Notes: generated from the letters alone by a model not told the origin. Shown: positions 1 to 11,184, counted from the first letter of the stretch. The stretch: 64,000 nucleotides of DNA from an uncultured Acidobacteriaceae bacterium (GCA_963839225.1 CAWIVA010000034.1:5485-69484); one strand, 5' to 3'. A program made the numbers and translations.

Positions 1-1251
1 GTGGATGCGGCGCATCAGGCAGGCTTGGCCGTGCTGCTCGATGTGGTGTACAACCATTTTGGACCGAGCGGCAATTACACCGGTAAATTCGGGCCATACA
101 CTGTCCCGTCGCACCAAACACCCTGGGGCGGCGCGGTGAATCTTGAGGATGCTGGATCCGCTGAAGTGCGCCGGTACTTTTGCGACAACGCACTTATGTG
201 GCTTCGCGATTTCCACGTTGACGGACTGCGCATCGATGCTATGCACGCATTCGTCGATCGCTCCGCCATTCACTTTTTGGAACAGTTAGCGACTGAAGTT
301 GAAGCGCTGGAGGCAGCCTTGGCTCGACGGCTTGTGCTCATCGCCGAAAGCGATCTGAACGATCCTCGCGTCGTGACGCCGCCCGAAGCGGGAGGCTTTA
401 ATTTCGACGCGCAGTGGAACGATGATTTTCATCACGCCCTTTTCACCGTGCTGAATGCGAATGAGAGACAAGGCTATTACGCGGACTTCGGCACCCTCGA
501 GCAGCTGGCTAAATCGCTTGAGCGGACTTTCGTATATGACGGCATCTACTCCCGTTATCGACAACGCATTCATGGCCGTCCCGCCTATGCGCTGCCGCAG
601 TACCGCTTTCTCGGTTACATCCAAACGCATGACCAGGTAGGTAATCGTGCGGTGGGTGACCGCATCAGTCACGTCGCAGGCATGGAGCGCGCGAAAATCG
701 CGGCCGCACTCTACCTGCTCGCCCCTTTTATCCCCATGCTTTTTCAAGGAGAAGAGTGGGCGGCCTCGACTCCGTTTCTCTACTTCGCCGGCCACGATAA
801 CCCCGAATTGGCGCGCGCCGTCTCCGAGGGGAGAAAGAAAGAGTTTGCCGCGTTCGGATGGGATCCCGCTTCCATTCCCGATCCTGAAAATCAGGCGACA
901 TTCCAAGCTTCAAAACTGAAATGGGAAGAGGTCAACATTGGCCGGCATGCAGAGATGCTTTCCTGGTATCAGGCATTGATTCGCCTTCGCCGGACCATCC
1001 CATGTCTCAAGGATGGAAGCATCGGCAATGTGCGTGTAACATTCGATGAACAGGCAAAATGGCTGCGCATGAGAGGCGGAGCCATAACGGTAATTTGCAA
1101 TCTCGGCGATCGAGAACAGATTTTCCACCTTGCTCAAGAAAGCCGCCTCGTTCTCGCATCACGGAGCGCGATTCAGGTCAGCCGCGGAAAACTAGCCGTG
1201 CCGCCCGATTCCGTTGCAGTGGTGAGCGAAAGCCCTTCTAAAAATGCCTGA
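1..1251 (+). CDS. treZ: malto-oligosyltrehalose trehalohydrolase (GH13), 5'-truncated by the window edge
   Basis: GH13 regions DVVYNH, GLRIDA, LIAE, HDQVGNR and PMLFQGEEW; lies in a trehalose/glucan cluster. Confidence 0.93.
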   Translation: MDAAHQAGLAVLLDVVYNHFGPSGNYTGKFGPYTVPSHQTPWGGAVNLEDAGSAEVRRYFCDNALMWLRDFHVDGLRIDAMHAFVDRSAIHFLEQLATEVEALEAALARRLVLIAESDLNDPRVVTPPEAGGFNFDAQWNDDFHHALFTVLNANERQGYYADFGTLEQLAKSLERTFVYDGIYSRYRQRIHGRPAYALPQYRFLGYIQTHDQVGNRAVGDRISHVAGMERAKIAAALYLLAPFIPMLFQGEEWAASTPFLYFAGHDNPELARAVSEGRKKEFAAFGWDPASIPDPENQATFQASKLKWEEVNIGRHAEMLSWYQALIRLRRTIPCLKDGSIGNVRVTFDEQAKWLRMRGGAITVICNLGDREQIFHLAQESRLVLASRSAIQVSRGKLAVPPDSVAVVSESPSKNA

Positions 1252-2044
1252 TTGATTGGCTGGTAGTTGTGGCTTCATCGGAAATCTGCGTCCGCTCGCC
1301 GCTGTGCTCCACATGGCTCTCCAACGACCGGCTGACGAGATCGCGCGACCCGAGGCCAACCGCAAGAGCAAGTGTGAGAACAATACCGCCGAACAAAATT
1401 CCAAACGCCAGCTCGACGATATTCCCGCCTACCTGCAAATGGTCGAGAACCATAGCCGCGGTCAGTACGAGAACAAGCCACTTCACGCCCAGAGAAAGAA
1501 TTCTTGCGTATTGCAGCTGCGCGTTCACGGCACTGATCAGGACGGAGCGGGCAAGAAATCTTGCAATCACAATGCCTGCGAACAGCAGAAGGGCGGCGCC
1601 CACAGCGTGAGTCAGATAGGGCAACAACGAAATGGGAAGTGCGACGCCTGTTGCATACGAAGTGTCAAAGGCCGAGACTCCAATGACAAGACCCAGCAAC
1701 ACGCAGATCCAGAACGAAGCGCGGGCTGCGATTTCGGTAGGTGAACTGGCCGGCGCCCAGTCGCTGCCACTCTTGCGAGCGACGCGAAGGTCGAATTTTA
1801 CCCATGTAAGGCACCGGCGCAGCATCCACGAAATCAGCATGCCGATCAAAGCGAAGACCAGCAGCGAAACAAAAAACGCCAGAATCCCGGGTAGCACGGC
1901 AATCAGCAAAGTAAGCACGCGGTAAAGTGACTGGTGCAAAGCATCGGACATGTGATGCCAGATCGACACGTCTTCGCTGTACAGTGGTGATGCGCTGAGG
2001 TTTCGAGTCGCCTGTCCCATCGTGTTATCGACCGCGTTTTGCAT
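1238..2044 (-). CDS. membrane protein with MscS-type TM-helix repeats (CmpX-like)
   Basis: Several hydrophobic helices; LPGILA and ALAVGLGSRDLV motifs; SD GGAGGG upstream of the ATG. Confidence 0.7.
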   Translation of the reverse strand: MQNAVDNTMGQATRNLSASPLYSEDVSIWHHMSDALHQSLYRVLTLLIAVLPGILAFFVSLLVFALIGMLISWMLRRCLTWVKFDLRVARKSGSDWAPASSPTEIAARASFWICVLLGLVIGVSAFDTSYATGVALPISLLPYLTHAVGAALLLFAGIVIARFLARSVLISAVNAQLQYARILSLGVKWLVLVLTAAMVLDHLQVGGNIVELAFGILFGGIVLTLALAVGLGSRDLVSRSLESHVEHSGERTQISDEATTTSQSIRHF

Positions 2045-2100
2045 CGGATTCCCTCCTTGTTGGCGCCAGATTGATGCTCAGCCTTTGGCGAAAAGAATAA

Positions 2101-3291
2101 TTACGAATTGAACCGGTCTGGCCAACGCCATCGCGCCACCAGATACGGTTTGTCCGCTTCGAACGAGGCGGCAACAGCTTCAATGTGCCGCTCTGCTGGA
2201 ATTCCGGATGCCGTCACGTTGATATGACCTGCAACCCAGGCCAGATAAAGCGGAATCAGTGCTCCTAAAAGGTGCCCGCGGTTAATCGTGCGCAGACGGT
2301 AAGCGATGAGAAAGTCATAAACAATCCGCGCCCAAAGGCCGTCGGGCATGCGGAAGGCGTCGGCATCAAGTGTCGAGCAACGTTTGAGTCCAAGCAAGGA
2401 ATTGGGCGGCAGGACAAGCGACCAGATCTCCTGCAGGTTCGCGTTGGCCAGTTGAAATGCCGCAACCATGCGCGCAACATTCGCGGTTCCGTCGCTCGAT
2501 TCAACTTCAACAATCGGGCGGCGTATCGGAGGCGGCCTGCGAGGCCGCTGCCAAAGAGCCGCTTTCGCTTCCAGATCCGCAAAAAGCGATCCCGTTATCA
2601 AGGAAAGAATTGAATTGAGGTCGGGATCGGAGGGTTGGGGCATTGCACGCGTCCCCACATCGACTTCATCCACCGCGAAGCCGGCGGCGATCGCTTCGTT
2701 CACCGGCCACACAAGAACTTCACCCTGGTTGGCTGAAGAAATTTGTTCCGCAGCGGCACTAAGCCGCTCTGCCATTCTCAGCGACATGCCGAGATCAATT
2801 GACAACGGGAAACGAACAGGCGACGCAAAGATCGCGCGCGTCAACGGGTAAAGAATGGCTGAGTTGATCAGACCGGCATGCGAAGGCAGAGAATAGTGTG
2901 GAACCGCCAGGTCAATGGACGCTTTTGAAACAGCTTCGTTCAGGCCGCGTAGCGCGAGCGGGCTAAGCGAGTCCGCTTCTGGCCCGAGAATCAGAATTGC
3001 CTGCGCTCCATGCCGGCGGCCGAACTGCGCTGCATTCACAAAGTCGGCCGGTTTAATCGACCATGCCGCATTGGACTGCGGTGCCGCGACGATGCGAAGA
3101 CTCGAGGGAGTATCGGCAGGCACTTCGTTCTGCGTTGCCACAATCAAGCTCTCGGGAGAGAACGCGGACGCGAGGTTCGCCAGCACTCCCTTGAAATGCT
3201 CGGGAGCCATGGCCGCGACCAGCACGAGAAGTTCGGCCACCGCGTTATCTGTGGCTGGCTTGTTGTCGGATACTGGATTAGCCGTTGCCAT
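2101..3291 (-). CDS. glucosylglycerate-synthase-like GT-A fold protein, apparently degenerate
   Basis: GLINSAILYPLTRAIF, LWARIVYDF, ALIPLYLAW and FEADKPYLVARW resemble the Ggs family; no recognisable DxD. Confidence 0.6.
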   Translation of the reverse strand: MATANPVSDNKPATDNAVAELLVLVAAMAPEHFKGVLANLASAFSPESLIVATQNEVPADTPSSLRIVAAPQSNAAWSIKPADFVNAAQFGRRHGAQAILILGPEADSLSPLALRGLNEAVSKASIDLAVPHYSLPSHAGLINSAILYPLTRAIFASPVRFPLSIDLGMSLRMAERLSAAAEQISSANQGEVLVWPVNEAIAAGFAVDEVDVGTRAMPQPSDPDLNSILSLITGSLFADLEAKAALWQRPRRPPPIRRPIVEVESSDGTANVARMVAAFQLANANLQEIWSLVLPPNSLLGLKRCSTLDADAFRMPDGLWARIVYDFLIAYRLRTINRGHLLGALIPLYLAWVAGHINVTASGIPAERHIEAVAASFEADKPYLVARWRWPDRFNS

Positions 3292-3338
3292 TACTCTCCA
3301 GAAAAAGTCACAAGCAATTAAATTCCCTGGCCGGCAAA

Positions 3339-6300
3339 TTACCTCGATGCGAAATCCTCTAAAGCCAGAACGCTCTCTAGCGGAATTCTGACCCAGGTAG
3401 GCCGGTTATTCAACTCGTACAACAACTCATACAAAGCCTTTTCAAGCAGGTAGGCGTCGAGCAGAATTTGGGCTTCTCTTGGCGGCGGCAACAAATCCCG
3501 ATTCGCCCCCATGCCCTGGCGGTATGATAAAAGGAAATGCGAGGTCGCGGAATCTTGCCAAAGCTGCGCCCACCCCATGAGCGAGCCGCGATCGATCGAA
3601 TGTTTCTCTCCTCCCTCACCTGCAATACAACGATCAACCGCGGCAAATGCAGCGTAAGCAAATGATCGCATCATGCCCACAACGTCCTTCAACGGCGACT
3701 GTTTTCTTCGCCGTTCTTCAATTGACCGCGCGGGCTCGCCTTCGAAGTCGATGATCACGAAATCGCCCTTTTGATTCTTTTCGGTCATAGAGCTGCCGTT
3801 AATGTCCGCTATTCGCAATGTCTGCCCCAAATGATAGTCGCCGTGAATTCGGATGCGCTGCCCGGCTGCCGCAACTGTTTGAATCGAACGTGACAGATGA
3901 ATGAGTTCGGGCCGGCGCGATAAAAGCAGTCCCGCGCGATCGGAGGTCGCATCATCCAGCGTGGGGAGCTTGAATTTAAGAGCTTCTAAGGTGGACCGTA
4001 TTTGTAGCTCAATGCGTTCCGCGTCATGTGCAAGCTCGTCGCTCGTAAGGGGCTCGGGAGCGAACGCTGTTAGCGTCGAACTGCTCGATAGTGCGAGGTG
4101 GAGTTCGGCGGTGCGCGTTCCCAAAAGTGCTGCCGCTTCGATCGTCGATCGAATCGGTTCCAGTAGCTCCGGGAGCGGTTCGCGCTCGCTCAGCCACCGG
4201 GGAGCAGTGGATCGCTGAGGGGCCGCGTGTTTTCCAGCGGCGGGAAGCCAACCGGCAACTTCGTCAAGGTACCACTGCCATCCATCACCCTGGTTGGCAA
4301 CCATCCCCTGGAGCAGAGCCACCGTCGTTTTTGCCGCGCTGTCTGAACTGATGGAGATTTCGCCGAGGAAAGGTGGAACTCTGTTGAAGTGGGCGACCTC
4401 TGTCAAAAAACGGCCAACTTCGACATCAGGATTTTCCCCCTGCTGCAGTCGCCGATAAATTTTGAGAAACAGTTGCTTGCCATAGAGAATCGACGTGTTC
4501 GATTGCTCTGCGGAGCCAACGTGAGAGGGCGGCCGTTGAGCGGCCAGCGCGGACGGAAATGCGCTGGAAGGGCGCGCATGAAGCCGGCCGGCCTGATGAA
4601 ATGAATCACCTGCAGAAGGAGACTCGCGCGGCTCGAATCGCGACGGCCCACCTGATTGGTTAGACGGGATGTCGGCTCGTGGCGGCGTTGCTTTGTCACC
4701 CGGCTGAGCGCTGAGCGGAGCCGGCATCACCGTCGCGCCGGCGGCGACAGCTTGTGCTTCATCGCCCGTTGACGATGGCTGATTGAAGCCGCTCTCAGCC
4801 GCTTTTGTTGACTCAATGTTCTCAAAAACGGGCAAAGTTGCATCGCTCGCAATCAAGTTCAAAAGTTCATGCTGAAAATCCTCGCTGACAGTCGCGTCAT
4901 GCAGAATTGCTGGCCCAGCACTCGTCGTGAGCTTGGCAACGATGCTCTCTGGCTGTTTTTGGGCAATTTCCTCAAGAAGTGTGCCCGTAGTCACTGCGAG
5001 CGGGATCTGATACACATCCGGCGGACCATCGAAATACGTCACGTCAAAGAAAAACAGTGCGCTCGGTACGGCCTCCGGCTTTGTTGAGCTCGTTGTTGAA
5101 AGACCTTCCGGCTTCGCGGCGGACCCAAGTTCCACCCAGTTGCGGACCCTTACAGACTCGATCTTGCGTGTCTTGGCGCCAAACCACCGCTTGCGCGGCA
5201 ACCAGTCCAGGAGCGCCTGCTCCAGAATTGCAGCCCCGCCGCCGGCGATAAACTGCGTCCATCCATTCGCAAAGACCGGTTGAACAGTTTTGTCATGCCC
5301 TTGCAAAGTGTCTTGAGTTTCCACTTCAGCATCGGAAGGCATCTCCTCAACTGCACTTGCGGGTTGCAATTCAAGCCAGATAAACGAATACGGAGCCAAG
5401 GTGAGTGAGTAGGGCTCGCGCGTGACGGCGGGAAACCGGACATAGCCCAGCATCTCGACTGGTTCGTATCCTGCATAGTTTGCAAGATCGAGCGTGACCG
5501 GCTGGGCAAATCGGCTGAGATTGGCGACGCAGAGCACCGTCTCGCAAAATCCGTCGCCATGGTCCAGCTCGCGAAGATAAGCGAGAATTTTGCGGTTTGA
5601 GGGATTCAGGAACGTGAGTGTTCCGCGGCCAAACACCTGAAAAAGTTTTCGCAGCGCAATCATGTTGCGCGTCCAGTGCAGAAGACTCGATTGATCGTCG
5701 AGCTGTGCTTCCACATTCACAACCTGGTAGCCGTAAATGGGGTCCATCACTACCGGCAGATAGAGCCGCGCTGGATCGCATTTTGAAAAGCCTGCATTCC
5801 GATCCGACGTCCATTGCATCGGCGTTCGAACACCATTGCGATCGCCAAGATAAATGTTGTCGCCCATCCCGATCTCATCGCCGTAATACAGAATTGGCGT
5901 GCCGGGAAAACTGAACAGAAGTGACTTCAACAGTTCAATCCGGCGGCGATTGTTGTCGACCAGCGGAGCCAGCCTGCGCCGGATGCCAACATTGATACGC
6001 ATCCGCGGATCGGCCGAATACGCGAAATACATATAGTCGCGCTCGTCATCGGTGACCATTTCAAGTGTCAGCTCGTCGTGATTGCGCAGGAAGAGACCCC
6101 ACTGGCAGTTTTCGGGGATTGGCGGCGTCTGTGCCATGATGTCGGTGATCGGAAGCCGGTCTTCCTGGCGAAGCGCCATATAAATTCGCGGCATGAGCGG
6201 AAAATGAAACGCCATGTGACACTCATCGCCGTCGCCAAAATACGGGCGTACGTCCGCAGGCCACTGATTGGCTTCCGCGAGAATCAGGCGATTTGCGTAG

Positions 6301-7022
6301 TCGGCATCAATCGCCGCGCGCAGAGTTCTCACCACTGCATGAGTTTCAGGCAAATTTTCGCATGAGGTGCCATCCCGCTCGCAAAGATAGGGGATCGCAT
6401 CCATGCGCAGCCCGTCGACACCCATATCAAGCCAAAAACGCATTGCCTTCAACACTTCTTCCATCACCAGCGGACTGTCGTAGTTGAGGTCCGGCTGGTG
6501 CGAAAAAAAGCGATGCCAGTAGTAGGCCTTCGCAGTTTCGTCCCATGTCCAGTTCGATGTTTCTGTGTCGGTGAAGATGATGCGCGCGCCCTTATACCGC
6601 TCTTCGTTGTCCGACCAGACATACATATTTCGTTCTGCCGAACCTGGAAGGGCTATGCGCGCTGCTTGAAACCACGGATGCTGGTTGCTGGTGTGATTCA
6701 CTACGAGCTCGATCATCACTTGCAGGCCGCGATGATGCGCAGCATCGAGAAACGCCTTGAAATCGCCCAGCGTCCCGTACGACGGGTTGACGTCGGTGTA
6801 ATTGGAAATGTCGTATCCATCGTCGCGCATTGGCGATGGAAAAAATGGCAAAAGCCAGATGCAGGTGATTCCAAGATCCTTCAAATAGTCAAGATGCGAC
6901 ATCAGGCCTGGAAAATCACCGATACCGTCGTTATTCGAATCCGCAAACGCACGGACGTGCAGTTCATAGATGATCGCATCCTTATACCAGAGGGGGTCTG
7001 TTGTGCTTGCGATGTTCTTCAC
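3339..7022 (-). CDS. treS: trehalose synthase fused to maltokinase (TreS-Mak/Pep2)
   Basis: WYKDAIIYELHV, GLRMDA and FLRNHDELTLE (TreS); EQSNTS, RIHGDYHLGQ and DFEGEP (maltokinase). Confidence 0.95.
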   Translation of the reverse strand: MKNIASTTDPLWYKDAIIYELHVRAFADSNNDGIGDFPGLMSHLDYLKDLGITCIWLLPFFPSPMRDDGYDISNYTDVNPSYGTLGDFKAFLDAAHHRGLQVMIELVVNHTSNQHPWFQAARIALPGSAERNMYVWSDNEERYKGARIIFTDTETSNWTWDETAKAYYWHRFFSHQPDLNYDSPLVMEEVLKAMRFWLDMGVDGLRMDAIPYLCERDGTSCENLPETHAVVRTLRAAIDADYANRLILAEANQWPADVRPYFGDGDECHMAFHFPLMPRIYMALRQEDRLPITDIMAQTPPIPENCQWGLFLRNHDELTLEMVTDDERDYMYFAYSADPRMRINVGIRRRLAPLVDNNRRRIELLKSLLFSFPGTPILYYGDEIGMGDNIYLGDRNGVRTPMQWTSDRNAGFSKCDPARLYLPVVMDPIYGYQVVNVEAQLDDQSSLLHWTRNMIALRKLFQVFGRGTLTFLNPSNRKILAYLRELDHGDGFCETVLCVANLSRFAQPVTLDLANYAGYEPVEMLGYVRFPAVTREPYSLTLAPYSFIWLELQPASAVEEMPSDAEVETQDTLQGHDKTVQPVFANGWTQFIAGGGAAILEQALLDWLPRKRWFGAKTRKIESVRVRNWVELGSAAKPEGLSTTSSTKPEAVPSALFFFDVTYFDGPPDVYQIPLAVTTGTLLEEIAQKQPESIVAKLTTSAGPAILHDATVSEDFQHELLNLIASDATLPVFENIESTKAAESGFNQPSSTGDEAQAVAAGATVMPAPLSAQPGDKATPPRADIPSNQSGGPSRFEPRESPSAGDSFHQAGRLHARPSSAFPSALAAQRPPSHVGSAEQSNTSILYGKQLFLKIYRRLQQGENPDVEVGRFLTEVAHFNRVPPFLGEISISSDSAAKTTVALLQGMVANQGDGWQWYLDEVAGWLPAAGKHAAPQRSTAPRWLSEREPLPELLEPIRSTIEAAALLGTRTAELHLALSSSSTLTAFAPEPLTSDELAHDAERIELQIRSTLEALKFKLPTLDDATSDRAGLLLSRRPELIHLSRSIQTVAAAGQRIRIHGDYHLGQTLRIADINGSSMTEKNQKGDFVIIDFEGEPARSIEERRRKQSPLKDVVGMMRSFAYAAFAAVDRCIAGEGGEKHSIDRGSLMGWAQLWQDSATSHFLLSYRQGMGANRDLLPPPREAQILLDAYLLEKALYELLYELNNRPTWVRIPLESVLALEDFASR

Positions 7023-7058
7023 GCTTTCACTCTCCCGAAAACCTCGGCCCTTGCTTCA

Positions 7059-9171
7059 TCATTGGATTCGGCTCACGCGAAAGATGTGTGCTGGTTGAAC
7101 GCCCGGGCGCAGCGCTACATAATTGCGGCCATGCCACGTGTACTGCACTCCGTTCAGCAGGTCGTCGACAACAAAGCCTTCATCCACGGAAATGCCCATC
7201 TTGTCCAGGTCGAGATTCGTCCAGCCCGTCTGTTCGTTAACCGAATCGAGATTCACCACAACCAGAATCGTGTTATCGAATCCCGGCGTCGCCTTCGAAT
7301 AGCAAATCAACTGCGGGTTGTCGACCAGGTGGAAATGCAGCGACGTGTTTGACTGAAGCGCGCGATTCTCATGACGGATACGGTTGAGCTTGGTAATAAG
7401 CGGCACGAGCGAATCCGGCGCGTTGCGGTCGCGCTGCCGGATCTCATATTTCTCGCTGCTGAGATACTCCTCTGACTCAGTCTTGCCCGCAGGCGGAGCG
7501 GCCGCGGCATTTTCTGCAAGTTCGTATGCCGGCCCATAGATGCCATAGCTGGAACTCAGGGTCGCGGCAAGAATCAAGCGGTGCATGAACGCCGGACGCC
7601 CGCCTTCCTGAAGAGTTTTGTGCAATATGTCGGGTGTATTTGGCCAGAAATTCGGCTGAAAAAATTCGCTCACCGGCGGCCGTGTAAGCTCCTCCATGTA
7701 ACTTTGCAATTCAATCTTCGAGTTGCGCCAGGTAAAGTACGTGTAAGATTGCGTGAAGCCCCGCTTGCCCAGGGCGTACATTACGTGCGGCCGCGTGAAC
7801 GCTTCGGCAAGAAAAATCGTGTCAGGATAGCTCGCTCGCAAGGTGCCCAGGCACCACTCCCAGAAGGGCAGAGGCTTGGTGTGCGGATTGTCGACGCGAA
7901 ATACCCGCACGCCTCGGTGAATCCAGAATTCAAACACTGAATAGAGCCTCGTCCCAGAGGCCGCGCCAGTCCGACGATTCAAAATTCAATGGATAAATAT
8001 CCTGGTATTTCTTGGGAGGATTCTCCGCATATTGAATCGATCCGTCAGGCCGGGTAACAAACCAATCTGGATGCTCTGTGACCCATGGATGATCAGGCGA
8101 GCACTGGAATGCAATGTCCAATGCAATTTCAACGTTTTGCGACTTGGCCCTTGCAATGAGGTTTTCAAAATCAGCGAACGTGCCCAGTTGCGGGTGAATC
8201 GATTTGTGGCCGCCTGAATCTCCGGCAGCCTGCGCGCCCAATGCAGAGCCCGCGATAGCCGCTCTGTCGCCGATCGCCCACGGGCTCCCGGGCGCATTTG
8301 GCGGAGCATAGATCGCATTGTTTGGTCCTTTGCGGAACGAGCGTCCGATGGGATGAATCGGCGGCAGGTAAACAATGTCAAACCCCATCGCGGAAATCTC
8401 GGGCAATTGCCTTTCGACATCGTGGAATGTCCCGTGCTGGCCTGGAATCGGCGACGCCGAGCGAGGAAAGAGTTCGTACCATGACGAAAATCGTGCCCGC
8501 TCCCTATTCACCCATACCGGCAATTCGGTCTCGTATCGCGTAGCGCTTGTCAGATCGGGATAATTCCTCATTAATCGAAGAAGCTCTTCATGGCATGGGT
8601 CGTCGTATTTCGATCGATTCTCTACCGCAAGGTTTTCGAAGCCCTGTGCTATTTCGCGCAACCGCTTCGCGTCCTTCGCTCCCGCCCGCCGTGCGCCTGC
8701 GCGAATTAGCGCAACCCCGGAGCGAAGCGCAAGCGCAATATCCTGCGCGCTCGAATTGGATCCAACGTTCCGTTCCCTATCTGGACCCGGCATGTCACCC
8801 GGTGTTGTTCCCGTAATATCAGGCTCCCTTCGGGCGGCTATCCGTTTCTTCAATTCGCTGGCCCACGTGGCGAAGTGATCCACCCAACCGAGAAGGGTGA
8901 AGCGCCACGCCCCGAGCTTGTCGACCACGAAAGCGCCGCTCCAGAGATCGTTCCCCATTGCGCGCATCGGCACAAACGACCACTGGCGGTCGTTCGAATG
9001 GCGATAAAGCAATCGCGCGGCTAAGTCATCCTTGCCATCGGAAAAGATTGCTGCCGTAACGGCAACTTCCTCACCCGCAACCCGAGAGACAGGATGACGG
9101 CCCGCATCAACCTGGGGATTGACATCTTCAATGACAACACGCCTGCGGCCATTAGAGGGTTTCAAAGGCAT
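7059..9171 (-). CDS. glgE: alpha-1,4-glucan:maltose-1-phosphate maltosyltransferase, with one apparent +1 frameshift near 7947
   Basis: FSSWYELFPRS and YAENPPKKYQDIYP in one frame; FRVDNPHTKP, FLAEAF and PNTPDIL in the next; removing one G restores DELYSVFEFW. Confidence 0.93.
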
Positions 9172-9494
9172 GCGGGTCCTCAACAGAGAGCTCCGCTGCC
9201 ACGGATCGGTCGAAGGAGCGCTGAAACTGGCCGCACATCGAACGCCATGGATTCGCCAATTAGGCAGCAGTAACCTTAGAGATGCACTAAACAGGAGACA
9301 AGATGCTGCTTCCGCATAGCAAAACACCCTTACGCGCCGCATCTCCTAAGTTCTCGTGTAAGACGAATAGCAGCGCCAATGAGGCGCGGCAAAATTCCGC
9401 AGCACTCAATCCAGAGGAGATTTCAAATACGGGCGAAAAAAGAACGAATCCAAATCCGTCCGTTTCGGGGTCGGCCTCTAAGCCAAAAGGAGTT

Positions 9495-11123
9495 ATGATA
9501 CGGAAAATGAAGCCCACAAGAAGATCGTTCATCGGCAGCGCCGCGGTCATTGGCGCCACAGCCGTTTCACAAGCTGCCCTGGGAGAATTGCCATCTTCCG
9601 GCCAGGATGCAGCTCAGAAGCCCAATCCAGAAAGTTCATCCGGTGATGAGCAGCCGGTCCCGGTTACAATCCGCGTGGCGGCCGGCAAACCAACCCACAC
9701 TATGCGCGGCGGAATGGGAGCGTCCTTTCATGCAATTTCTGCTACGCTGCCCGGAATGAGACCCAATGGCGGGTCATATTCCGGCAGTGCCTGGGGCGGC
9801 AATCCCGATCCCGAAGACCACAAGCATTGGGAGGAAGTATTCAAACACGCAGAGTGGCTCGGGATGAATTGGTGCCGCGTCGAAATCGAGCAGCGCATGT
9901 ATGAGCCCGCACGGCGCGTCTTTGACTGGGACAATGCCGAGATGAAGGTCCTGTACCGCATCCTTGATTGGGCAGAGCGGCGGAACGTTGATGTCTTTTT
10001 GCAGCAGATGTGGAGCGATGTCGCATGGAACGCTTACCCCGGTAATGCCGATGATCCCATCAGGCGGCTGCGCAGTGCACCATACTCAATACCGGAATGG
10101 GCATTTGGCCTCGGAGAATTCGTCAATCACCTGACCCAAACCAAAGGCTACGAATGCATCCGATGGGTCTCGATTTCGAACGAGCCGGGCCACCACGATT
10201 TTTCCTGGTGGCAGGATTCCGATATGAAGGCGCTCCCCATTACCCCTGGGTTGAAGGCGGCGCGGGAGGAGTTCGACCGTCGCGGACTGAAGGTGCCAAT
10301 TTCCGGACCTGATTGGACCGATCTGCCGGAACTCAACCCTTCCGAAGTGGATTTCGATCTTTACATCGGAGCATACGATCTGCACTCCTATGGCGCTGTA
10401 TTTGATTCGATACGCGGCAACAAGACGCTCGCCGTGTCAGAGAAGATTCTGAGCCAATGGGCTGATTGGGCTCACGCAAGAAACAAGCCGCTTTTTCTAT
10501 CCGAGTTCGGAACCATGGCCTATGGATGGGGCCACGTCGATACAGCACCGGCCTGCTATCAGTCCGGGCTCAAAAACGCCTCTCTTATTGTGCGCGGCAT
10601 CAACGCCGGTGTAGACGGTTTCAATCGCTGGAGTTTTACCAATCGAGGCGACCTGGATGGACAGTGGCAACTGCTGCGCACATGGGATGTTGACCATGAC
10701 AGATTGCTCGAATCCTTCTCGCCCCAGCCCAATGCCTATTATCAATACGCGATGCTCATGCGCTATCTGCCCAAGCACTCCGCTGTGCTGGCCACGCAGG
10801 TGGGGGGAACCTATCTCGCATGCGATCGGAAGCTGGTAGCCGCCGCTCTCCGCACTCGTAAAGGAAACTACACTCTTTTACTGGTGAATGAAAGCCATCG
10901 CGCTGCCGATGTCCGTTTCGAGCTCAAGGATCTGCCCGCAGCGCTGCGCTTGCACAGGTATTCATTGACCAAAGAGACTGAGGACCGGAGCAATGTGGAT
11001 CTTCGCTCGGACAGGACCCTGGATGTGAGCGGATCGTTCACTGACCGCGTCCCGCCCATGAGCATCGTCGTCTACTCGACCTACGGTTTGACCGCCGACG
11101 ATCCAGGCATCATCGCCGAATAG
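9495..11123 (+). CDS. Tat-exported clan GH-A glycoside hydrolase, family uncertain
   Basis: SD AAGGAG before ATG 9495; TRRSFI twin-arginine motif; NEP acid/base and SEFG nucleophile motifs; beta-sandwich-like C-terminus. Confidence 0.7.
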   Translation: MIRKMKPTRRSFIGSAAVIGATAVSQAALGELPSSGQDAAQKPNPESSSGDEQPVPVTIRVAAGKPTHTMRGGMGASFHAISATLPGMRPNGGSYSGSAWGGNPDPEDHKHWEEVFKHAEWLGMNWCRVEIEQRMYEPARRVFDWDNAEMKVLYRILDWAERRNVDVFLQQMWSDVAWNAYPGNADDPIRRLRSAPYSIPEWAFGLGEFVNHLTQTKGYECIRWVSISNEPGHHDFSWWQDSDMKALPITPGLKAAREEFDRRGLKVPISGPDWTDLPELNPSEVDFDLYIGAYDLHSYGAVFDSIRGNKTLAVSEKILSQWADWAHARNKPLFLSEFGTMAYGWGHVDTAPACYQSGLKNASLIVRGINAGVDGFNRWSFTNRGDLDGQWQLLRTWDVDHDRLLESFSPQPNAYYQYAMLMRYLPKHSAVLATQVGGTYLACDRKLVAAALRTRKGNYTLLLVNESHRAADVRFELKDLPAALRLHRYSLTKETEDRSNVDLRSDRTLDVSGSFTDRVPPMSIVVYSTYGLTADDPGIIAE

Positions 11124-11184
11124 CCTCCGCTTTTCGTGATCCAAACCAGAAGTTGGAACGTGAGATACGTGCGGTCCTGGTGCC

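Noticed and set aside
625-627. THD instead of NHD in TreZ region IV
   Set aside because: The catalytic His-Asp is retained; probably neutral
7930-7982. Programmed frameshift or phase variation in glgE
   Set aside because: A single extra G with no slippery heptamer or repeat tract, in a contig that has many indel errors
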